A stretch of 63,808 nucleotides of DNA, the filler included. It is 6 parts of 6 records of this genome, joined end to end, with 100 filler letters (N's around TTAATTAATTAA, not from the genome) between each part and the next. Parts side by side here need not be neighbours in the genome. Positions count along the whole stretch, not along the records: positions 56,018 to 63,808 come from DRR723986_13308; 5 more parts are not named here. One strand, given 5' to 3'. The number at the start of each line of letters is the position of its first letter. The first letter of the stretch is position 1. Positions 57,976 to 63,808 of the stretch are shown here, piece by piece. The position numbers and the translations under genes are program-made. Under the pieces are notes generated by a model that did not search any database, was not told the origin of the DNA, and saw only the letters and a program-made list of their open reading frames with translations.

Positions 57976-59508
57976 ATGAAGTCAATACATATTTTTATTC
58001 TCGATTCAGCGCAGGTACGCAGGCAAAGTGTCCTGAAGCAGCTACGGGTACACGACCTGGAATATCACCTGATTGACTGTACTGGACGGCGCTGTTTGCA
58101 GAAAATGCAGAACAAACTGCTACCATCGATTATTGTGGTCTGCCCGTTTCTCAAGAATTCCAGAGCAATTCGCACACTTCTGCATGCAAGTATTCAACAA
58201 GGCGGCAATGCTTATATTTTTGTCTTTGACTCAACGGATTTGGAAGCGACTTTTGCCCAGCTGCAGAGCAGCGAACATCATCGGCTTACGCAGACGCGGG
58301 TTGAGAATCTGGATCAAACACTACATAAACTTTTGGGCTATCTGAACCCGGAAACGCAGGCGCCGGCGCCACAAGCGGCGGAGTCCGGCCCGGCAGTTGC
58401 AGAGCTGCGAAACGCTGCATTGTTGCCTTTGGATTTACATCTTGTGATTTCCGAAAGCGGCCAAATCTTAGAGGTTCAGGAACCGGCGGAGCCTTGTTTC
58501 CCGATTCCTCCAGCGGAACTGCCTGGAGGCGCACTCCCCGTACTGGCAGAACGGTATCCCGCGGCAGCAGAATTGCATGCGCAGGTAAGATCTACACTTG
58601 AGAAGAATGCGCGCCAAACACGTGCGCTCCACAATTGGATTGACGGAGCCCGCCATACTTTTGAAGTTCGCTCTGCGCCGGCAACTGTGCCGCAGAAAAC
58701 TGCTGAAGGCATGGTTTTACTGGTGATACGCGATACCACCGAAGAGCAGTCTGGAAATGACGCGGAGTGCCTACAAAATCCGGAGCAGGCCGACCTGGTT
58801 CAGATAAAACTGGACCTTCTGGCCAATCTGAATCATGAGCTGCACACACCGATGAACGGAATCCTGGGTTTTGCTTCCCTACTGCGGGAGCACTATGCAC
58901 ACAATGGCGAGGCACTTGATTATGTACAGGCAATTCACTCCAGTGCGGAACGGCTGCGACAGACCCTGCGCAACATCGTTCTGATGGCCGAGATTCACAG
59001 CCAACGCGTAGTTAACACTCCGACTGTTTTTGAACTCAACGAAGAAGTTGAAATGCTTGTGCGGCGTTACGCAGCAGCTGCCGCAGAAAAAGGCCTTGAT
59101 TTGACACTGGATGACAAAACCGAACAACACATCATAGAATTTGACTACAACTTACTACGTGTCATCATCGATAATATCCTGAACAATGCCATCAAGTTTT
59201 GTGATTCCGGAAGTATTAGAGTTTCGCTCGAACACTCGGATGACCGCTCCAGATTGCGACTTGTGGTCAAGGATACGGGAATTGGTATGGATCCAGATTT
59301 TTTGCCCAAGGCCCGCCAGGACTTTTCGCAGGAGAGTCGGGGTTTTGCACGCGCTTACGAAGGTGTTGGTATTGGGCTGGCGATCGTCGACCACCTGTGC
59401 AGGATGTTAGATGTTACTCTATCAATTGAGTCGAGCAATGTAGCCGGCCCTGGGCGAGGCACAACTGTACAGATTGAGATTCCCGTGGTGCATAGACTTG
59501 CTCACTAA
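57976..59508 (+). CDS. Cytoplasmic sensor histidine kinase (pseudo-REC, PAS-like, HisKA, HATPase)
   Basis: NLNHELHTPMNGILG, NILNNAIKF, DTGIG, GIGL. Confidence 0.88.
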   Translation: MKSIHIFILDSAQVRRQSVLKQLRVHDLEYHLIDCTGRRCLQKMQNKLLPSIIVVCPFLKNSRAIRTLLHASIQQGGNAYIFVFDSTDLEATFAQLQSSEHHRLTQTRVENLDQTLHKLLGYLNPETQAPAPQAAESGPAVAELRNAALLPLDLHLVISESGQILEVQEPAEPCFPIPPAELPGGALPVLAERYPAAAELHAQVRSTLEKNARQTRALHNWIDGARHTFEVRSAPATVPQKTAEGMVLLVIRDTTEEQSGNDAECLQNPEQADLVQIKLDLLANLNHELHTPMNGILGFASLLREHYAHNGEALDYVQAIHSSAERLRQTLRNIVLMAEIHSQRVVNTPTVFELNEEVEMLVRRYAAAAAEKGLDLTLDDKTEQHIIEFDYNLLRVIIDNILNNAIKFCDSGSIRVSLEHSDDRSRLRLVVKDTGIGMDPDFLPKARQDFSQESRGFARAYEGVGIGLAIVDHLCRMLDVTLSIESSNVAGPGRGTTVQIEIPVVHRLAH

Positions 59509-60046
59509 AAGGTACGATGTTCGCATGATTTTTTGGTCGGGATTCACAGCTTGCGAGTGGCAGGTGAACTGAAATTTGTTCCGCTTCGGGAACAGTTAAA
59601 AAACAATTTCAAACAGAGTCGCAAATTATTACCAATTCGTAACAAATGGCCACATATATTCGCGAATAGACCTGTGAGAAGCTGTTCGACTGTTGCGCAG
59701 ACTTGCAATCATTCCGGCAAGTCAGCATATTAAGAGCAGTTGAATCTCGTAATCTGACATCACGCTTTTGGCCATTGAGCCCATGCCAACGAGCAGATGA
59801 TTCCAGGGAAGACTTGATTTCAACCTAATTCAGCGATGCCTTCAATCCAGAACTTCCTCTCTCGACTATTCTGGTCAACGCATCGCAGCGCTTTTTTCCG
59901 GAAAGCGCAGACCGTGTATTATCGCAAGGTCAGGACGACCAAATCCAGCACACGACCGATGACGTTTCAGGACAGTCTGTGACAGGCCTTTCTATGGGGT
60001 TGCCGCACACCGATGTTAGCGCAGGATTCGCATTTACTGCGGTTTT

Positions 60047-62380
60047 GTGATTACTATTCTATCCCATCAACGGATTCAAACGACGACTGTGCATACACGA
60101 ACAACGGGTACGAGCAGCACACTGAGCGAATTTTCCAGCGCCTTGATTGCGGCTGCGGGAATCTTTGGGCTGGGAGCGGCTATCATTCTTGGCTGGAGTT
60201 TCCTGCCTGAGGGTTATGTGGCCGGCCAGGCTGCACTGGCGCCCGCCTGGGTGTTACTTGCAGTTTTGAGCACTGCGGTGGCTGTGGTGATTTACACTAA
60301 GGGCCGGCATGTTCAGCGGCTTCAGGCTCAGCGGCTGGAGGATCAGCAGCGTAGTCAGGCCTACCTGAACGCATTACCGGATCTCATCTTTCTGGTTGAC
60401 AGTAAAGGTGCCTGTACCGATTTCCGGCTGGCACCAAATGCACCACCGCTACTGACATCCGAACAACTCCTGAATGGCACGATTTGGGAGTTTCTGCCAA
60501 AGCAGTCTGCGGAAACAATGGCGACGGCGATCCAGGCAACTTTTGACAGCCGCTCAACCCATTCAGTGGAAATTGATCTTGCGAAGTCAAAAAGCCGAAC
60601 GCGCCAGATTGAAGCGCGCCTGGTACCATATAATTCCAAGGAAGTCCTGGTAATTATCCGCGAAGTCAGCGATGAGCATTACATGCGCCGTGTTCTACGC
60701 GAATTGGCAGAGCACATCTCCACAAAAACCGGCGACGACTATTTTAAGTCCATGGTGAGTTTCCTTTCGCAGACGCTGCATGCTGACTATGTGCTGGTAG
60801 GCACGATGGACCCAAATGCCCCATACCGAGTGAATTGCCTGGCGGGAACCGAGCATCAACGATTAATTTCCGACTCACTGTCTTTTGACCTGGAGAAACT
60901 TCCGGGTTCACGCACACTGGTGGGCAAGCTTGAATTAATCGTACCGGCAGGACTGCGCTCCACGTTTCCTGGCGATAAAAAATTGAATAGCAATGAGGTA
61001 GGCACCCTGGCAATGCTGCCACTGGAAGATTCAGGAGGGGCCAAACGCGGCGTCTTACTGGTAATTAATGGTGGACTGGATAGTCACGACCAGTTTGCTG
61101 AGTCAATAGTTCAGATTTGTGCAGACAGAGCCGCCGGCGAATTGGAGTCCGGCACAACGATGAAGGCGCTCTCCGAAGCCGTTGAGCAAGCTGAGCAGCT
61201 CAACCAGATGAAATCAAATATGCTGGCGAATCTGAATCATGAATTCCGCACGCCGATGAATGGTATTCTGGGTTTTGCCAAGATTTTGCAGCGCCACATA
61301 GAAGACCCTGAGCAGCGCCAGTATGCGCACTACATCTATCAGAGTGCTGAGCGCCTGATGGCCACTTTGCGCGACGTTATCGCGCTGGCCAAACTTGAGT
61401 CCAATGAAATCTCAGTCCAATGGATGCCGGTATCGCTGGCAGGAGAAGTTGAGGATCTGGCATATTCTTACCGCACACAGGTGGAAGAACGCGACCTGAA
61501 GTTTGTGGTTGATGTGCCGACGGAAATGATCAGTTGCCGTTTGGATGCCTCCCTGCTGGGGCAGGCACTTAGCAACCTGCTGGACAATTCGATGAAGTTT
61601 ACACGCGAGGGCGAAATCCGCGTGGAGTGCCTGACAGATACGATAGATGGCGAAGCATATGGATTGATTCGCGTGCGCGATACGGGCATCGGTATGTCTG
61701 CGGACTTTCAGGCGCGTGCATTTGCGGCATTTACGCAGGAGAGCGCCGGAATAGACCGTCACTTTGAGGGCTCGGGCATCGGATTAACGATCGTGCAACG
61801 ATTTACAACACTGATGAACGGCAAGGTTTTAATCGATAGTGAGCAAGGTGCGGGCAGCACATTTACTTTGGCATTTCCGCTGCTGGATCCGGAAGCCGCG
61901 CAGCGCGAAATTGATGCAATCAGTGTTTCAGAACCTGCACCGGAACTTCTGAGCAGCGAGAATCTGGAGAACAAGGTTCGAATTCTGGTAGCTGAAGACG
62001 ACCAGGGAAATCAGCGCCTCATCAATATGTATTTGCGCGACATCGCTGACATTGATCAGGCTGTGACCGGTGAGCAAGCTGTTGAACTGGCCACGCAAAA
62101 CGAGTACGATTTGATTCTGTTTGATGTCAACCTTGGGCGCGGTATTCGCGACGGCATTAGTGCCTTTCACAAGGTACGGGAGTTGACCTTAAAATCAGGA
62201 CGCGTTCCAATTGTGGCCATGACGGCTTATACACTGAAGTTTACGCGCGAGACCTTTCTGGAGGAAGGTTTTGACGACTACATTGCCAAACCATTCAGCG
62301 ACTCGGCAATTCAGGCAATGGTATCAAAGAGTATTGGCCAGGTGGCCTTAAAAGAAGACAGCTCAAATTCAGTCCAATAG
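60047..62380 (+). CDS. Membrane hybrid histidine kinase (2 TM, PAS, GAF-like, HisKA, HATPase, REC)
   Basis: NLNHEFRTPMNGILG, NLLDNSMKF, DTGIG, GSGIGL; REC with VAEDD, LFDVNL and AKPF. Confidence 0.92.
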   Translation: MITILSHQRIQTTTVHTRTTGTSSTLSEFSSALIAAAGIFGLGAAIILGWSFLPEGYVAGQAALAPAWVLLAVLSTAVAVVIYTKGRHVQRLQAQRLEDQQRSQAYLNALPDLIFLVDSKGACTDFRLAPNAPPLLTSEQLLNGTIWEFLPKQSAETMATAIQATFDSRSTHSVEIDLAKSKSRTRQIEARLVPYNSKEVLVIIREVSDEHYMRRVLRELAEHISTKTGDDYFKSMVSFLSQTLHADYVLVGTMDPNAPYRVNCLAGTEHQRLISDSLSFDLEKLPGSRTLVGKLELIVPAGLRSTFPGDKKLNSNEVGTLAMLPLEDSGGAKRGVLLVINGGLDSHDQFAESIVQICADRAAGELESGTTMKALSEAVEQAEQLNQMKSNMLANLNHEFRTPMNGILGFAKILQRHIEDPEQRQYAHYIYQSAERLMATLRDVIALAKLESNEISVQWMPVSLAGEVEDLAYSYRTQVEERDLKFVVDVPTEMISCRLDASLLGQALSNLLDNSMKFTREGEIRVECLTDTIDGEAYGLIRVRDTGIGMSADFQARAFAAFTQESAGIDRHFEGSGIGLTIVQRFTTLMNGKVLIDSEQGAGSTFTLAFPLLDPEAAQREIDAISVSEPAPELLSSENLENKVRILVAEDDQGNQRLINMYLRDIADIDQAVTGEQAVELATQNEYDLILFDVNLGRGIRDGISAFHKVRELTLKSGRVPIVAMTAYTLKFTRETFLEEGFDDYIAKPFSDSAIQAMVSKSIGQVALKEDSSNSVQ

Positions 62381-63592
62381 TGGAATAAACCAGGTTCCCC
62401 ACAGGGCTATCAAAAAGGCTCCAACCACATTCATCAGGATTCCGGCCAGCAGCATGCGCCAAAGGGACATTCCCTGCATACCACCGAATGCGAGGCCATT
62501 TACGCCTGTAGCCAATGGGCTCATGTACGCCGAAGTAGAAGACAGCGTTGCAACGATCAAGAGTGAAACGGCATCCAGGCCCAGCTGCTGTGCCAGTGGC
62601 ACACAAACCGTGAATGCTGTAAGCTGCACAACGGTATTGCTAAGTAGTTCAGTGGCAAAGGAAACGATCAGAGCAAAGACAAAAAAGACTATAAGTGGCG
62701 ATGTTCCTTCGGGTACCAAACGCGCGCCGGCAGTGGCGACATCACTGAAAAAATCGCTGGCCAGGTAGAGTACGGCACCAATAGCGATGACAACTCCAAG
62801 CAGGATAAATCCTTTCCACGGCAAGTCCGAATAACAATCGCGCACCGTTAAGAGGCGCACACGTTCGCCTTTTCCATTTTCAAATCTGCGCAGGAAGAAG
62901 GCATGCAGCAGGTAAAGTGTCAGTGCTGCGGTAAGCAGTACAATTGGCAATCCAAACTGAGGAAATTGCATCAGAAGAAACGAGAGAGTAAGCGCGCCAA
63001 AAAATACTCCAGCCCCGATGCGCACTGTGATCGCGTGCAACCGCACTGAGCCGGTATTGCGTCGTACACGCGTCTCGATAATCCCAATGCTCGGAACCCA
63101 GATCCGCTGAAAGATGGAGAGTACGCCCCAGGCTCCAACCACTCCCACAGCCACCAGCGGTAAACCCCAGGCCAACCAGACAGCGAAGGTCACCAGATGT
63201 TCACTCAAGAGGTTGTCCAGGCTCAAATAGCCCACCAGGAGCGCGTTAGCCGGTGTAGATGTCACCGACCCCATGCCGCCAATATTCGATCCATAAATGA
63301 CCGGCAGAGTTAACAGCGTTGAAGCACCCGCAATTGAAATCTTCTCGGTGCCCACCAAATCCTCACGCAGCAGCTTCAGCAGCGGCAGCATTGTGAGTAC
63401 GGTTATGACGTTTGGAATAAAAAACGAGAGGAAGGCCGATGCCGCCAAAAGCAGGAAAATGAGACGTGAGAACGACAGCTTGCGATCGGCCGTCAATCTG
63501 GCGATGATTGCCTGAGGTAGATTAACTTTAATTATGAGGCGTGAAAGCAGGAATCCACACACAAAAAACATGGCGAGTTGAATTTTGTCCAT
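62369..63592 (-). CDS. SLC13/DASS-family anion transporter (short, divergent)
   Basis: YGSNIGGMGS..STPAN, TELLSNT, AYMSPLATGVN; hydrophobic. Confidence 0.8.
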   Translation of the reverse strand: MDKIQLAMFFVCGFLLSRLIIKVNLPQAIIARLTADRKLSFSRLIFLLLAASAFLSFFIPNVITVLTMLPLLKLLREDLVGTEKISIAGASTLLTLPVIYGSNIGGMGSVTSTPANALLVGYLSLDNLLSEHLVTFAVWLAWGLPLVAVGVVGAWGVLSIFQRIWVPSIGIIETRVRRNTGSVRLHAITVRIGAGVFFGALTLSFLLMQFPQFGLPIVLLTAALTLYLLHAFFLRRFENGKGERVRLLTVRDCYSDLPWKGFILLGVVIAIGAVLYLASDFFSDVATAGARLVPEGTSPLIVFFVFALIVSFATELLSNTVVQLTAFTVCVPLAQQLGLDAVSLLIVATLSSTSAYMSPLATGVNGLAFGGMQGMSLWRMLLAGILMNVVGAFLIALWGTWFIPLLD

Positions 63593-63754
63593 CTCGTCAT
63601 GCCAGTCTGGTTAAGAAGGTGCAGGTGTGCTTGGATATCAAAATTCAATGACGCTATTTCACTGCAAGAAAACGCTTTTACAAAAAAAAACGCCGTATTC
63701 TGAGGAATACTGACGTTGATTTTGTTTACCGCTGAGCTTAAAACAAAGCGAAAG

Positions 63755-63808
63755 TGATCCCGGTAGGACTCGAACCTACGACCCACTGATTAAAAGTCAG
63801 TTGCTCTA
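63755..63808 (-). tRNA. tRNA-Lys(UUU), 5'-truncated by window end; CCA not encoded
   Basis: Minus strand TAGAGCA-ACTGA-CTTTTAA-TCAGT-GGGTC-GTAGG-TTCGAGT-CCTAC-CGGGATC-A. Confidence 0.93.

Noticed and set aside
63600-63760. tRNA-Lys 3' end as an integration site
   Set aside because: No integrase and no duplicated tRNA 3' end seen in this contig.

Overview
This window is not one locus. It joins six unrelated contigs with artificial 100-bp spacers (44 N + TTAATTAATTAA + 44 N). Contig 1 (1-24299; FCB/Bacteroidota-like, inferred from T9SS sorting domains) has a cyclase/KynB-like gene, an unknown ORF and four T9SS-cargo surface proteins. Three of these are paralogues that share a C-terminal cassette but carry different N-terminal heads, and a cytoplasmic TPR-LuxR regulator sits among them. 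Contig 2 (24400-33136; Rhodobacteraceae-like) has rplY, a DUF3604 gene, pth, a serine hydrolase, DUF2237, trpB, trpF, lapA, ihfB and rpsA. Contig 3 (33237-41091; Marinobacter-like gammaproteobacterium) has fliH-I-J, an hsbA-hsbR-hptB partner switch and fliK-L-M-N with two sigma-54 promoters. Contig 4 (41192-47770) has a MarR regulator with a GQQN low-complexity tail, a divergent pfkA, hutI, a methyltransferase and an Omp85 barrel. Contig 5 (47871-55917; Rhodobacteraceae-like) is a leucine/isovalerate degradation operon in which AT-rich palindromes lie inside two short ORFs coupled to the flanking genes. Contig 6 (56018-63808) has a membrane protein, two histidine kinases, a short DASS transporter and a partial tRNA-Lys. 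All family names and taxonomy come from recognising motifs by eye; no searches were run.
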